Assembly: GCF_004010195.1 (NCBI RefSeq)
Contig: NC_057720.1
Span: 88,759,672-88,823,671, forward strand
DNA: 64,000 bases
Direction of reading: 5' to 3'
Source: Chiloscyllium plagiosum
Lineage: Eukaryota
In this document: positions 1 through 12,378 of the stretch, one piece after another
Layout of the letters: each line of letters begins with the position of its first letter
How positions within the stretch are numbered: the first letter of the stretch is position 1
Made by a program: the position numbers and the translations under genes
The notes under the pieces: generated by a model
What the model was told of the DNA's origin: nothing
Databases searched by the model: none
Seen by the model: the letters and a program-made list of their open reading frames with translations, nothing else

Positions 1-365
1 GGGTTAGATGGATGAACAGGCCCTGACCTCAAGCCTGGATTCATAAATTGCAAAAGATAACCTCACAGCAAACACCATGGAGCAGAAAGTGAACATGGGA
101 GCTGAGCCATGAATGTGGACCCATTTACTAGACAATTGATAAAATTTTGCTTTAAATCCCCACCTCTTACAGGGCTAAAGCTGAAACAGGCTGATAATAA
201 TATAGCAGAGCCAGGAGATCTTTTAACTTCACCTTACACAAGGGACATCATACCTATCATTCTACAACACTGCCATTCAATCTTTGCTAATAGGTTGGAT
301 ATCATTAGAAATAAGCAGTATCCTTTGCGCCTATGTCTGTTTGGAGTACTAATCCTACAGCTGAC

Positions 366-566
366 CAAGATTGGAGTAGCGCTGGAAAAGTACAGCAGGT
401 CAGGCAGCATCCGAAGATCCGAATGAGCTCATTCCTGATGAAGGGCTTTTGCCTAATACATCGATTTTCCTGCTCCTCGGATGCTGCCTGACCTGCTGTG
501 TTTTTCCAGCACCACTCTAATCTTGACTCTAATCTCCAGCATCCGCAGTACCCACTTTCGCCTATT
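366..566 (+). mobile_element. PLE-derived fold-back insertion (family A) with degenerate hammerhead motif
   Basis: Left arm (gctggaaaagtacagcaggtcaggcagcatcc) is the reverse complement of the right arm. Central palindrome gaatgagctcattc at 421-434. CTGATGA at 435-441 followed by GGGC-TTTT-GCCT. One-sided tail ctccagcatccgcagtacccactttc. TSD gctgaccaag at 360-369 and 567-576. Confidence 0.8.
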
Positions 567-1061
567 GCTGACCAAGTGATGTATGGAACTGTGCTGCTTT
601 ACAATGTACTCTTTGAGCCCTACTGACAACTAATCCGCAAGTACAAATGAACTGCCTGGTGTAATGGAGTGGCATTTAGACTTCAGACCTGTGAAGGTTT
701 TCATTACAATGTCTTGTGCTACGATTCTTAATAACTTTATCCAAGTGATCACTTGGCAGACATTATATCTGATGAGCCAGTGGGAGTGAAATGACAAAGT
801 GGCCCAGAGTCAAAGCTATGTCCATCTGGTGAGAAGCCAACTTTCTAACGGCTTGATTACTGGACAACTTCCATTAAAGCTGGGATCTGTTTGCTTGAAA
901 AATGCATGCAGAGAGAAAGGGCGCTTTGAACGAATAAATCAAGCTTTAAAAAGCTTTCAAAGGTAGCTGAGACATATCCTGCAGGGCAGTGTAGGAGCAT
1001 GCAAAACAGGTAGCTCACGCTGAGAAGAATATCCATTTTGACTGCTAATTTTCTCCATCAG

Positions 1062-1202
1062 TGCAAATAGGAGGTCTCATCATCAATCAAAGCCAAGATT
1101 TCTTTGACAAGAAGCGAGCATTTTCCTTGTTATACATCCAGCGTGTTCGGAACATAACAATGCTGAGATATAAATGTGCCAGGAGGATTGTTGGGACAGA
1201 AG
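1062..1202 (+). CDS. candidate internal exon, product unknown (QIGGLIINQSQDFFDKKRAFSLLYIQRVRNITMLRYKCARRIVGTE)
   Basis: Acceptor ctaattttctccatcAG and donor AAG|gtaaaa. 141 nt, frame-preserving phase 1-1, only one frame open. No homologue recognised. Confidence 0.25.
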
Positions 1203-2169
1203 GTAAAAGTGCCGTAATTTGTAGCAAGTTAAGAAAAAGAAAGAAGCCTTGGATTTATCCAAAATGATAATGCCACTGAAAATTCTTTTATCAGAGGATG
1301 GCTACTTTTGCTGCAAAGCCTTTGTGCAGAAGATGGGTTTGGAAGGTTAAGATTTAAGTGCTACAGCTCCCTGCACTGTGATTGGGAAGTAAGTGGAATG
1401 TTTTGCAAATAGACCAAAAATGTACTTTACAGGCATGCAGAAAACAAGAGGTAATCATGATAATAGATGTTGAAAGACAGCAAGGTCGCGAGCAAAGCAA
1501 TCGGTCATATTGAACATTCTTGAAAAATAGCCAACATGTGAAGATGACGGCCAAGCGACTTTGTCAACTTTTCTATTTGAATTCAAGGTTATTAATCTAA
1601 GAACCCTCCAAGCTTTCAAAAAAAAAACAGAAAAAAAATGTTAATAAAAAGTGAAAGGATCTGTTTGTGTAGTAAATACAAAGCAGAAGAAAGCAAACAT
1701 TTGGGCTGTAATTCAAGGTCCGGATCACATTATGTGATAGACGTTGTTTACTTTTTACAGACTAAATTGCATGAGACAAATAACACAACTGCAAAAAATG
1801 TCACAAAAGTTTAAGGTTCCACTTCACTGGAAAAGACAAAGGATTGTATTTAACATTTGATTTGTGATGTTGCGATGAAGCAAAGCATGGTGCATTGCTG
1901 TCAGATATTTGGGAATTTTTAGTTATGGAAAAGCGATCATTGCTTTGTTTTTGGTCTTAGACCTTATGAGTGCCACACCATAATTGTGTTGCATGAAATC
2001 CTGAAGGAGCTGAGAAATGTTAAAAGTGGCATGTAACAGATTGATCGGCAAATTAAAATGCCAGATTGAATATATAGTTCATTTATCTTACTTTCAATTA
2101 TATTTCGGAAACAATCCAGCAAGGATATTATCCAACATATTGGCACTCTCTTTAAAACCAGGGATTCAG

Positions 2170-2432
2170 TCATAGAGTAAGGAGCAAGCCATTTAGGACA
2201 GAGATGAAAAGTAATTTCTTCACTCAAAGGATGGTAAATCATTGGAATTCATCACCCTAGAGTGTTGTAAATGCCTAGTCATTCAATCTGTTCATGACAG
2301 AGATTGATACATTTCTAGGTACTAAGATCTCCAAGAGATATGGGAATAGTGTGAGAAAATGGCATCAATGTGGTTAATCAGCAATAAACTAGAATGGCAA
2401 AGAGGCTTGAGGGGCTATTCCCATGTTCCTAT
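2170..2432 (+). mobile_element. old CR1-type LINE 3' fragment
   Basis: Degenerate match to the FRTEMRRNFFTQRVVNLWNSLP / EIDRFL C-terminal coding region and 3' UTR seen in younger copies in this window. Confidence 0.7.
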
Positions 2433-4239
2433 ATTAATAGATTGTGTGCAAACCACTTCCTCCCAGATGTGGGTGTAGTAGATTGGGTCATAGTTAGGTG
2501 CACTATCAGAATGAGGAAGAATGAGTAGAGGTAACACAGAGCAGGATGAGAAGAAGGAGGAGGGATAAAAAGGCCCTCAGCAGCAGGTCATATCCACCAG
2601 GGTCCGAGGGACCAACTTTCTTTCCTAGACGTTAGCAGGAAAGAGAGGGGGAGATGTTGCTATGTGAAGACAACTCCCTGATGCAATCACGCAACTGAAT
2701 GTGAATGATTTTTTTTATATATAGTCACATGTATTTTAGAGTGAGAAAAACCGTAAAATAAAGTGAAACACTTTTCCACTGTCACCATGTTTCCGGCGCT
2801 ATTTTGGATATTTTTAGGAATAAGAAATAAACAGAAAAATACAGCTTAAAGAGAATCCATCAGTCCCTGAGCCAGCTCATCATCAATGACTTCTGCACAG
2901 CCAGCCCGCCTCCACCACCTCGCCACTGGCTACACTGGATCTGATCAACATTGAAGTCGCCATTCTTCAGAGGTCCATCTTTTGCCACTGGGCCAATTCT
3001 CCTCCACCTCACCACCACCTGTAGTGGACCTGCCAACATGAGAGTCACATCTCTTGCAGCTGGGCCCACTTCGTCAAAGTCGCCATGATGGCCTTCCACC
3101 ATTGCTCCATTGGCTGCCAGTGTCAGGCACAGCCAATGAAGAAAAGGCCATCCCTCAGGTGCCATCTTTCGCTGCGGGGCCTAGCTCGCCAACATCGCCT
3201 CCGTCGGCATAGCAGCCGCTTATTCCGATGACAGGTCCTGTGCTCACCTCAGAGAAGTAAGTAGGGGCCCACTTGCCACTGCCATAAGGACTGTGCTGGG
3301 CTCACTCGAGTCCATGCTTGCATTCCTTGCCACCGCCGATGGTAGGAAAGGGAAGTTCGTAAAAAGTAAAAGAAAGAAAAAGACTGGAGAGATTTCCAGC
3401 AACCAACCACAAGGGAAATCACCTGCAAAATCCACAAGGGCAGAGGAGTCCTATTCTGGCCATGATAGGGGATTGCAACACAACCTCTCACCTCCAAAAG
3501 CAGCCACGTGAAGATGCCACCAACTCCATGCAAGTAGCCTATCTGTGGAGGACCAGGGAATCATCAGATGGAGGCTAGGAGAGGAAAGACAGCCTGAGCA
3601 GCCTTGTGATTGACTGATCTTGCCTCTTGATTTCTGAATTTTATTTTCTACTTAGCTGGATGGTATACTGCCATATTGAGACTGCCAAAATACCTCAACC
3701 GGACGGCCCTCTCTCTGTCAGGCCGCTAAAACCATCGGAACTGCTGACCCTCAGGTTGAGGTCGGACCTCTTGCCTTAATGAGGCAGTGGGCCCACTGGT
3801 CTCTTATTGAGAGGACATCCTTAGTAGAATCACTGAACCTTTACTATTGTCAGCATGCGCAGGATGCCCTTTACAGTTCAAATCAATTGGCATCCTAAAA
3901 CCCATAGAACAGGGCTGTTTGTACTGAAATCTGTCACCCACTGCTGCCACAACTGTAACCTCCAAGAAGGGGAAGGACATCATTGTTAATGGCTGTTAAA
4001 GCATCTGTGTAAATTAGAGAGTATTACCTTTGTGCGGTTTTCCCAGATGACCACTCCTAGTACTTGTAGCATTTGCCCGCCCTATCAGTATGTGGGTGAA
4101 TGTTGCTTGAGGCAGTTTGCTGATACCAATCCTCCTTTGTCTTGGGCCTGTCTTGTGATTCGTGCCAGAGGATACACCACCATAGATTATCTACAGAAGA
4201 GGCACCGGTTTTGGATCACAAGATGGTTTCCTGCGTATT

Positions 4240-4410
4240 CGCCGAGTCAAAATCCTGGAACACCCTCCCAAACAGGTGTACCTACACCTAATGAACTGCA
4301 CTGGTTCAAGAAGGCAGATCACCCCCACCTTCTCAAGGACAATTAGAGATGGGTAATAAATGCTGATCCAACCAGTGACGACCACATCCCTGAATGAATA
4401 ACAAAAAATT
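4240..4410 (+). mobile_element. CR1-type LINE 3' end (second family, same tail as 47420-47510)
   Basis: ttcaagaaggcagatcacccccaccttctcaaggacaattagagatgggtaataaatgctg...catccctgaatgaata; also shared with the SINE tail at 63600. Confidence 0.7.
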
Positions 4411-4539
4411 GCAGTAAATACAACAATATTTCATGAGGCATCATTACCAGGATGTGAGGGTGTTGCCTCGAGCACAGTGTTTTTACTGGATGCAGCAATA
4501 CCAATGTCATCCCTCGTAACATAATAACCTGAGTTGTGG

Positions 4540-5245
4540 TCATAGAGTCGCAGAGACATACAGCACGGAAACAGATGTTTTGGTCCAAACTGCCCATGTC
4601 AAATATAATCCCAAGCTAAACTAGTCCTACCTGCCTGTATACTGACCCATATTACTCCAAACTTTTCCTATTCATGTCCTTATCCAAATGTCTTTTAAGT
4701 GTTATAATTGTGCCCACATCTACCACTTCCTCAGGAAGTTAATTCCAAATGCAAACCACCCCCTGTGCAAAACATTTGCCCCTCATGTCTTGTTAAATTT
4801 CTATCCTCTCATCTTAAAGGTGTGGCCCCTAATCTAGAAATCCCTCATCCTTGGGAAAAGACATCTGCCATTACCCCTATTTATACCCCTCATGATTTTG
4901 TAAACTTCCATAAGGTCACCTCTCAACCTCCTATGCTCCAGTTTAAAAAAAGTCTATCCAGCCTTTGTTTCTAATTCAAACCTTCCATGCCCAGCAACAT
5001 CCTAGTATATCTTTTCTGAACCCTCTTTAGCTTAATAATATCTTTGCTATAACAAGATGACCAGAACTGGAATTAAATCTCCAGAAGAGACCTCACCAAT
5101 ATCTTATACAAACGCAACATTACTCCCAACTCAAAGGACTGAGCAAGAAGGCAAGCATTCTAAATACCTGTTAAACCATCCTGTCTACGTGTGAAACAAA
5201 TGTCAAAGAAGTATGTTCGTGACCCTCTAGGTCCCCCAGTTCTAT
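4540..5245 (-). mobile_element. HER1/CR1 LINE 3' fragment
   Basis: Starts with the tail catagagtcgcagagacatacagcacggaaacag; reverse complement of the 3' end of the LINE ending at 55648. Confidence 0.85.
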
Positions 5246-6599
5246 TGAAGAATTTAGCAGTCATTTATTGCAGTTAACTATTATGAACAAACATTATATT
5301 TACAAGTACCTATGGGTCTGAGGCTAACATTAAGCTATTAGGCTACAATTATTAACATGTTTCCACTCGCATGTCATACTTCAGCTGATCCAAAATAAAA
5401 TGGAGCATGAGATCTTTATATCATTTGATCATTTGTAAGGGTTTAATAACCCACTGTTACCATCATGGTGCAAGTCTGGCTTCAGGAAGGTGGCATTAAA
5501 GAATCTAACAGACAATTATAATAGATAACTATCATGTACCGACACTATATTTGCAGGTACACAATTATCTGGTTAACATATTAAGCAGCATGTTTCTAAT
5601 AATGTGTCATGCTTCAAGTAATCTGCAGTAAGATGGAGTATGGGAGCTTTTTACTCACATGGCACGCATTAGGACACAAGGATAATAAGTCATGAGCATA
5701 TCCTTTATGGTATACTAACCATGCGATGCAACACCTCAAAGAGAACTGGTACAGATATATCTGCTTCTTCTGTAAGCTAAAGTAGAATTCTTTGCCTCCA
5801 AGACTGATGGCTGCCATGTTCAACCCATGTGCATGCAGGTAGCATGCTTAAAAAGAAAAGTTATGTCACCACATGAAATGTGCATGAGCATCAATGGAAT
5901 GGAATGCCTGAACAATGTTGCAGTTGCCCATTCTGCAATAGCAGTGACCTGGAAATATCAAAGGGCTCTGCAGCATGCTGCGGGATGTGACTATTATGAG
6001 CCCTTTTCACCAGATGTAAAGAAAAGGATTAGCAGGTGGGCATGGAGGAGGGAAAGCACTGCTACTGCCATTGACTCATCCAACTGCGTAATGGTGAACA
6101 CAGCTCCAATTCCTCATTCACCAACAGTCTCTCACGTTACTGTCCTTCTCTTTCTGAACAACACTTTGGTCACAATGAAAACAAATCATATGTCACAATC
6201 CAAAGCGAGTGTTGATGAGAAGCATTTTTGGTTTGGGGATCTAAGAAAAAGTGCACCCATTCTGATGGTAGACAAGCAATTTCCTTTCATCATGGGAATC
6301 TCAAGATGGGTTGACAACGTTACCATTAAGAGAGTTCACCTTTAACAACCAATTTTGCAATGTGCATGTAATGTTGCAACTCTGCCTGGCAGTTTATCTT
6401 GTTGTGGGGTTTCAAGCTGCACACACATAAATCCATTGTTTTAAGTGTTAATGTCTGCTCCAAAACTTGCAATATGTTTTGCTGCTTTAAATAAATTAAC
6501 CATGGAGTCAATCAATCCCTAGCAAGCCATTGGTTATTAGACTCTTGTTATTAACGTAAAAGATAACATTAAACCTGAAGTAACACAACATCTGAAGCA

Positions 6600-6772
6600 A
6601 CTTGGAGACAGTGAGGACTGCAGATGCTGGAAAGTCAGAGTCGATAAAACGTGGAGCTGGGTAAACCACAGCAGATCAAGCAGCCTAATGAAGGGTCCTC
6701 CCTGAAACGTCAACTTTCCTGCTCCTCTGATGCTGTTTGACCTGCTTATCTTTTTCTAGCTCCACGCGTTAT
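6600..6772 (-). mobile_element. PLE-derived fold-back insertion with degenerate hammerhead motif
   Basis: Inverted tail gtgaggactgcagatgctgg on the left; inverted arms; ctaatgaagggtcctccctgaaacgtc near the centre. 14-bp TSD caacatctgaagca at 6586-6599 and 6773-6786. Confidence 0.8.
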
Positions 6773-7384
6773 CAACATCTGAAGCACACACAACCTCACC
6801 AAAATATCTAATGAGTGACCCACCTTCTGTCCTGTCTCTATTAAATTTTAAATGCACGAGTTTAAAGTGAGTTGGCTTCAGATTCGATATTTTTTACACC
6901 TTAACATCACACCCAATCTTTGGGTTAAGGTTAGCCCCATGGCTTCTGGGGACTTTATTCCTGTTTTTCAATGAGCACTGGTCTTTGTGTTTCAAGGAGA
7001 GGCTCTGTTTTGACTATTTAGGACACGGAAGGCAGTACAAATCTTTAGTCCTCACTGCCTGGTAATGAAAGTTGCCTTTTTTTGATCATGGCTGATTCAG
7101 AAGGTTAGACAGCATGTTAGCAGCTGCAGGAATATTAATGAGCTGCAAATGATGATCTGATATGACTCCAGCAAGAACGAATCTGGAGAGCTGTCCAGGT
7201 ATAGTCATTACAATACAAAGGCTACTGGTGATAAGTAAAGAAATTTCTCTTGGTGAGAAAAAAAATCATCAAAATGATTACAATCAAGAAACAAATCTGA
7301 TAAAAGGCAAAATATAAACCACTCAAGTGGTTATCTACACAGTATGATATCAAAAACCAATTAATTTTGTATTATTTTATGTAG

Positions 7385-7488
7385 CAAGTTCAACGAAGGT
7401 TATATTTACTCTTATTTCCAAAATAATATTGAGGTTCAGGAGCTAGAATTGGCATCTGATGGCAGCGACTCGTCCCTGCTGGAAGAAG
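7385..7488 (+). CDS. candidate coding exon, product unknown (KFNEGYIYSYFQNNIEVQELELASDGSDSSLLEE)
   Basis: T-rich acceptor ttttgtattattttatgtAG and donor AAG|gtaaat. Single open frame, protein-like composition, retained CpGs in unique sequence. No homologue recognised. Confidence 0.35.
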
Positions 7489-8173
7489 GTAAATAAAATA
7501 CAAGTTCGGTGGAGAACAGAACAGATTATGGATTCATGAATTCGGTGACCGTCCCCGAAACAATTTCACCCTCCACGTGTGAACGGGCCTGAGGTGGCCA
7601 GTCTGCGAATTGAGAAACACCAGTAGACAGAAAAGTGGAGGAGGCAGCAATGGAAAAACTTAATTGGTAAGCTCTTTGCATCAGCTATGATATCTCCCTC
7701 CTAACCATGATCTGGTTTCGAGATGTGCCTCACTTGATGCTCGTAACCTTAATGAATATTCATTCTTGCTCTGTTGCCATTCTATTACTGCGTTGTTTGC
7801 CTTTGACTTCTGGATCATGCATCATTGTGAAAGTCTGGTTTAGTTTAGGATTGTGATCTGTGTTTTATTGTCACTGTGTCACTGCTGATACTATTATCAA
7901 TGCTGTGCAACCTGGAGGCATTTTCCTAAACCTGAAATTTATCTTGTTTTATTTTCTTAAATCAATCTTTACCTTGAACATCTCCATTTTTTATAAGATC
8001 TAACATTATGCATTTCAAGGAAATTTTCGATTCTTGACAGCTCACCAGAGGAGTGAGTTTGCATCTCCAGTTTCTCACATGCTTATTTGATAGCTCATCT
8101 TCAGATTCCGAATTCATGAATTCAAAATTGACAGGGCTCTCTAACTGTCTGTTACTTCTACATATCAGTACGT

Positions 8174-8452
8174 GGGCAGCACGGTGGTTAGCACTGCTGC
8201 CTCACAGCGCCAGAGACCCGGGTTCAATTCCCACCTCAGGCGACTGACCGTGTGGAGTTTGCACATTCTCCCTGTGTCTGTGTGGGTTTGGTCTGGTTTC
8301 CTCCCACAGTCCAAAAATGTGCAGGTGAGGTGAATTGGCCATGCTAAATTGCCCATAGGTGTAGGGGAATGGGTCTGGGTCTCCCCCCACTTGAATGGCT
8401 CTCTGCGTCATGGTGCTGTGGTCTATTGGCTCATCCTCCCTGTAGTCCCTGT
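8174..8452 (+). mobile_element. HE1-type tRNA-derived SINE
   Basis: A-box region tggttagcactg, B-box ggttcaattcc (8221-8231), central tgtggagtttgcacattctccc domain. Confidence 0.9.
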
Positions 8453-8504
8453 TCTCAAACACACGAAGCAAAAGTCTTGGAACTATTGGACATGAACAGG
8501 GGAT

Positions 8505-8816
8505 AATGATGGATGCTATGAAATTGTTTCCGTTAGGCGAGGAGACGAGGACCCATGGACACAGCCTTAGAATTAGAGGGGGTAAATTCAGAACAGAAAT
8601 GCGGAGACATTTCTTCAGCCAGAGAGTGGTGGGCCTGTGGAATTCATTGCCACAGAGTGCAGTGGAGGCTGGGACGCTAAATGTCTTCAAGGCAGAAATT
8701 GATAAATTCTTGATGTCATAAGGAATTAAGGGCTACGGGGAGAATGCGGGTAAGTGGACTCGATGAGCCGAATGGCCTTACTTCCGCTCCTATGTCTTAT
8801 GGTCTTATGGTCTTAT
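8505..8816 (+). mobile_element. young CR1 LINE 3' fragment
   Basis: Encodes TRTHGHSLRIRGGKFRTEMRRHFFSQRVVGLWNSLP; ends in a (tcttatgg)n tail. Confidence 0.9.
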
Positions 8817-9339
8817 TTTGAGAAAAGGTAAGGCTGAAAGTGTACTTGACAGCAGTCTTCGAGTTTATGAACCAGCTTAATACAAAAGATTTGGGATGAC
8901 ACTTCAACTCAGAGGAAAAGCAAAACTTGGATTTATAAATATGAAATTGCTGGCAGTTAATTCAACAAAGAGTGCATATCTGAACAGTAGTGAGAATGTA
9001 GAACTGAACAAATTGAGAGAACGGCATTGATGTGTTCAGGGCAAAGTTGGGTAAGAGAAGGAGAAAGGATTAAAGGATATGTTGATGTGGTTAGTTTAAC
9101 AACCATTGTTGAAAAGGCTCATTTATGCATATTCAGCAATAAGGGCTACTTTGGCCAAATGACCTAATCCTGCGGTGTGAACTTTAATGCTTTAGAAAAC
9201 TCCAACTTTCTTGCAAGGCAAGTGATTGAATCACAATGTTTCCTGTCCAAACCTAATGAGGGGGAACACAAGTCTCATTCCTCTCACCTCTTCAAAGGCA
9301 TTGTGTAGATGTTAACTCTAAGAAACTAACTGGTGGAGC

Positions 9340-9455
9340 AGACTGGCTTTGTTCCCCATCTAGACATTTTCTAATCAACCCGTTCAGAGATGTTCTGACA
9401 CACCTCTGGAGTAGCTGATACCTGAGCCTCCTGGACCAGAGATAGGGGTACAAGA
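9340..9455 (-). mobile_element. degenerate tRNA-derived SINE fragment
   Basis: gttcagagatgttctgacacacctctggag...gcctcctggaccagagatagggg resembles the reverse complement of a tRNA-like SINE head. Confidence 0.35.
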
Positions 9456-9569
9456 ACTCCCTTCCTGTATCCTGGTGTATTATGATGTCCAAACTTTACA
9501 AAGGGTCAATTGAGCTTCCTGAACCAACTTGCTAACATTGGGTTAGCAGTGATCTGCTTTTAATTCTAA

Positions 9570-9637
9570 TTTCCTGATGAAGAGCTTATGCTCAAAATGT
9601 CGATTCTCCTGCTCCTGGGATGCTGTCTGACCGGCTG
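9570..9637 (+). mobile_element. PLE terminal-repeat fragment (family A) with hammerhead motif
   Basis: CTGATGA (9574-9580), A, GAGC-TTAT-GCTC, AAAATGTC (CpG-decayed GAAACGTC), then gattctcctgctcct. Flanked by the imperfect repeat tctgcttYtaatt. Confidence 0.75.
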
Positions 9638-11346
9638 TCTGCTTCTAATTAATGTCTGGCATACTAGTCTTTCCTATTTTACACTGTTTCAGGATTTATG
9701 AACTATTTTCGGAGTTTCCCTTACATGCTGGCATAGTTTCTGGGTTGTGCACTTCCTCTATTAAGGATCCCTGGTGGAAAAATGGATGGTGGTAGCCCTG
9801 TAGGATCCACACTGGAATATGTCCATCCATCTGTTCGAACATATGAGATGTTGTTACATGTTACCAACATTGATATGATCAATAATGGTTATGGCAGACA
9901 GTGGAGTATCATTATACCTACATCTACTACTGTCAGCGCCTGTCACAGGATTTAAAGAGAAGTCATCTTGATTTTCCAGAAATCATTCTTCCAGTCTCCA
10001 TTCATCTCCAAATAAACTTGTGCTGTGTGGCATCAAATGAGAGCAGAAAAACAAGAGTAGGCTATTGAACCAAATAATCAGACCAGCCATTTATCATCTC
10101 TGATCGCTCTCACCCCAGAGTTACAACATAATAAAGCTGACAGTGTACAGGACACAGTTCAGGAATGCGCTGGGGAAAAAATAAAGCAGAGATCATAGAC
10201 TTGGCCCCTTGTCCTTTTGTATTTAGTCCTAATCCAAAGCGCACAAACTTCTAAAGGTTTCAGATAAAGAGCAGTTGCTTGTGCGAAGTTGGTGTTGTGT
10301 TCATGACACCAGTCAGCCCCCTACAACATACTTGCTAAAGGCACTACTGGTTAATGAGCAAGGCTTCTTTCCGTTCAATGATCTGGCTGAAGCTTTATCT
10401 TATTGTTGAAATGAAAAGTGAGATAATGTTACCATTTTCACAGGTCAACAGATTTTGAGGAAAGTTTGCAGGATGAAATGGTCGCCAATGTTTTATGCAG
10501 CCTGCCCACCGTGCATCTCTCACTTTAATTGATGGTAAGGACAATTATACTTATGTTCCCCACACCAGCTCTTTAAAAATTGGCTTGAATTCCCCTGTTT
10601 GGGAAAGGATCTCAGAGAATCAAAATTATATCTTCCATATTGTATCCTAGACCCTCTAATCCTCAGGGCTATAATTGAAGTGTATAGCTTCCTTGATGGT
10701 GTCTCCAGGGATGAGAACAGGTTTGTGTCGTACATGAATGTGCAGGACAGCAGCAAATAGCTTCTTTGTAGCAACCATCCCTCAGACACCCAGACCTGGC
10801 AGGGATTTCCAAAGCGTTACAGAATCCAAGTCACAATTGAACAGATGGAACAAGGCTCCCCAAGGAAATACTCCAATTTACTTACTGACCTAGCAGCAGC
10901 TGATTTGTGACCTTCAAATAGAAACAGCTAGTCTGATTTCTAACACCCTCTCCATCTGCTGCTCACAAAATACACTCTAAAATGTTTCCTCTGTGACCTT
11001 TGGATGAAACAATTAAATTGTCCCTCCACTAGGAAGCCAAAAGGCTCAGGTAGCGAAGAGGAGCTGCAGCAGATGGGAGATTCAAGTTGCTGCCAACTAC
11101 AGGCACACATCTATTCAGCAGTCAGCATACTCTTGAAAATGCTCAGCAATTCCCCTTGATAATTCTCTGCTATGCAAAGCCAACAGAGCAGAAGAAAAAT
11201 GGCAAGTGTACATAGCGCAGCAGGCCAGTCAGCAAGTAAAGAGAGCATTAGCTTTACATGATTTGGAGATGCTGGTGTTGGACTGGGGTATATAAAGATA
11301 AAAATCACACAACACCAGGTTATAGTCCAATAGGGTTACTTGGAAG

Positions 11347-11381
11347 CACTAGCTTTCGGAGCACTGCTCCTTCATCAGGTG
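11347..11381 (-). ncRNA. minimal type I hammerhead ribozyme motif, core intact
   Basis: Minus strand reads CAC-CTGATGA-A-GGAGC-AGT-GCTCC-GAAA-GC-TA-GTG: 3-bp stem I, 5-bp stem II, palindromic AGCT in place of stem III. Confidence 0.75.
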
Positions 11382-11814
11382 GTTTGGAGTACACAATTGC
11401 AAGGCTCGGAATTTATAGCAAAAGTTTACAGTGTGATGTAACTGAAATTATACATTAATAAATACCTCGATTGTTTATTAAGTCTCTCATCTGTTCGAAT
11501 GACCATGATCGTTTCACTTCTTTCCTATGTAAATCACAAAACTTTTTTTTAAAGTTACATTCTCAGGTTAACTTTAACAATTGGTGTCAGCCCAGATAAT
11601 GTGTTGAACAGATAATATGTTCAAGTTAACCTGAGAATGTAACTTTTAAAAAAAGGTTTTGTGATTTACATATGAAAGAAGTGAAACTAACATGGTCATT
11701 CTAACATATGAGAGACTTAACAAATAATCAAGGTATTTTTAATGTATAATTTCAGTTACATTACACTGTAAACTTTTACAATAAATTCTGTCATACAATT
11801 GTGTACTCCACAAC

Positions 11815-11849
11815 CACCTGATGAAGGAGCAGTGCTCTGAAAGCTAGTG
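11815..11849 (+). ncRNA. minimal type I hammerhead ribozyme motif
   Basis: CAC-CTGATGA-A-GGAGC-AGT-GCTCT-GAAA-GC-TA-GTG; G-U pair closes stem II. Confidence 0.7.
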
Positions 11850-11979
11850 CTTCCAATTAAACCTGTTGGACTATAACCTGGTCTGTGTGATTTTTAACAT
11901 TAGGTTTACATCTCAGCTCGCCACCTTCATCAGAGTTTGCATTTCAGTGGGAGAAGTCAATAGGGGCTATATGAACACT

Positions 11980-12235
11980 TCTTATAATGTTTATAATATG
12001 TTTCAAGTCTCCTCTTACTGAGGAAAGAAGGCCTTTCCAATGTAATCTTTCCTCATAGCTGCAGCCTCCCAATTCTAATAATTTCCTTTGTTTGCAGTTT
12101 CTCCTGTTTCTCAATATCCTTTCTGTAGCGTGAAAACCAGACCTCTGCATAATTTTCTGACTATAGTCCACCCAAGGGGTCCTATATAAATTTAATATGA
12201 AGCTTGTGTATTCAATTCTTTTAGAAATGAACCCC
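11980..12235 (-). mobile_element. old CR1 LINE RT C-terminal fragment
   Basis: Minus-strand translation LELGGCSYEERLHWKGLLSSVRGDLKHIINII resembles the CR1 GLSYEERL...RLRGDLIEVYKI motif. Confidence 0.65.
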
Positions 12236-12257
12236 AGTTTTGCTACAATATAATGTA

Positions 12258-12378
12258 CGAAAAAAAGGAATTACTGGAGAAACTCGGTAAGTCTGGCAGC
12301 ATCTTTGGCGAGAGTTAATGTTTGGAATTTAAGACGACTCTTCTTCAGATTGCCAGCATCCACAGCACTTTACTTTAA
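12258..12378. mobile_element. degenerate PLE fold-back remnant (family C)
   Basis: ctggagaaactcggtaagtctggcagcatct...gactcttcttcag (inverted CTGAAGA core), followed by the tail ccagcatccacagcactttt. Confidence 0.55.

Larger units (their letters stand above)
11260..11897 (-). mobile_element. PLE-derived 640-bp fold-back element (family B) with two hammerhead motifs
   Basis: Inverted arms at about 11299-11574 and 11623-11897, with about 40 nt of extra tail on the left only. TSD cattagStttacat at 11246-11259 and 11898-11911. Confidence 0.85.

Noticed and set aside
1062-1100. QIGGLIINQSQ resembles the AMPA-receptor N-terminus (IQIGGLFPNQQSQ)
   Set aside because: Similarity stops after about 10 residues and no other receptor exons are present.
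5827-6345. 172-aa ORF
   Set aside because: No recognisable domain or splice support, and the in-register antisense frame has stops; treated as chance.
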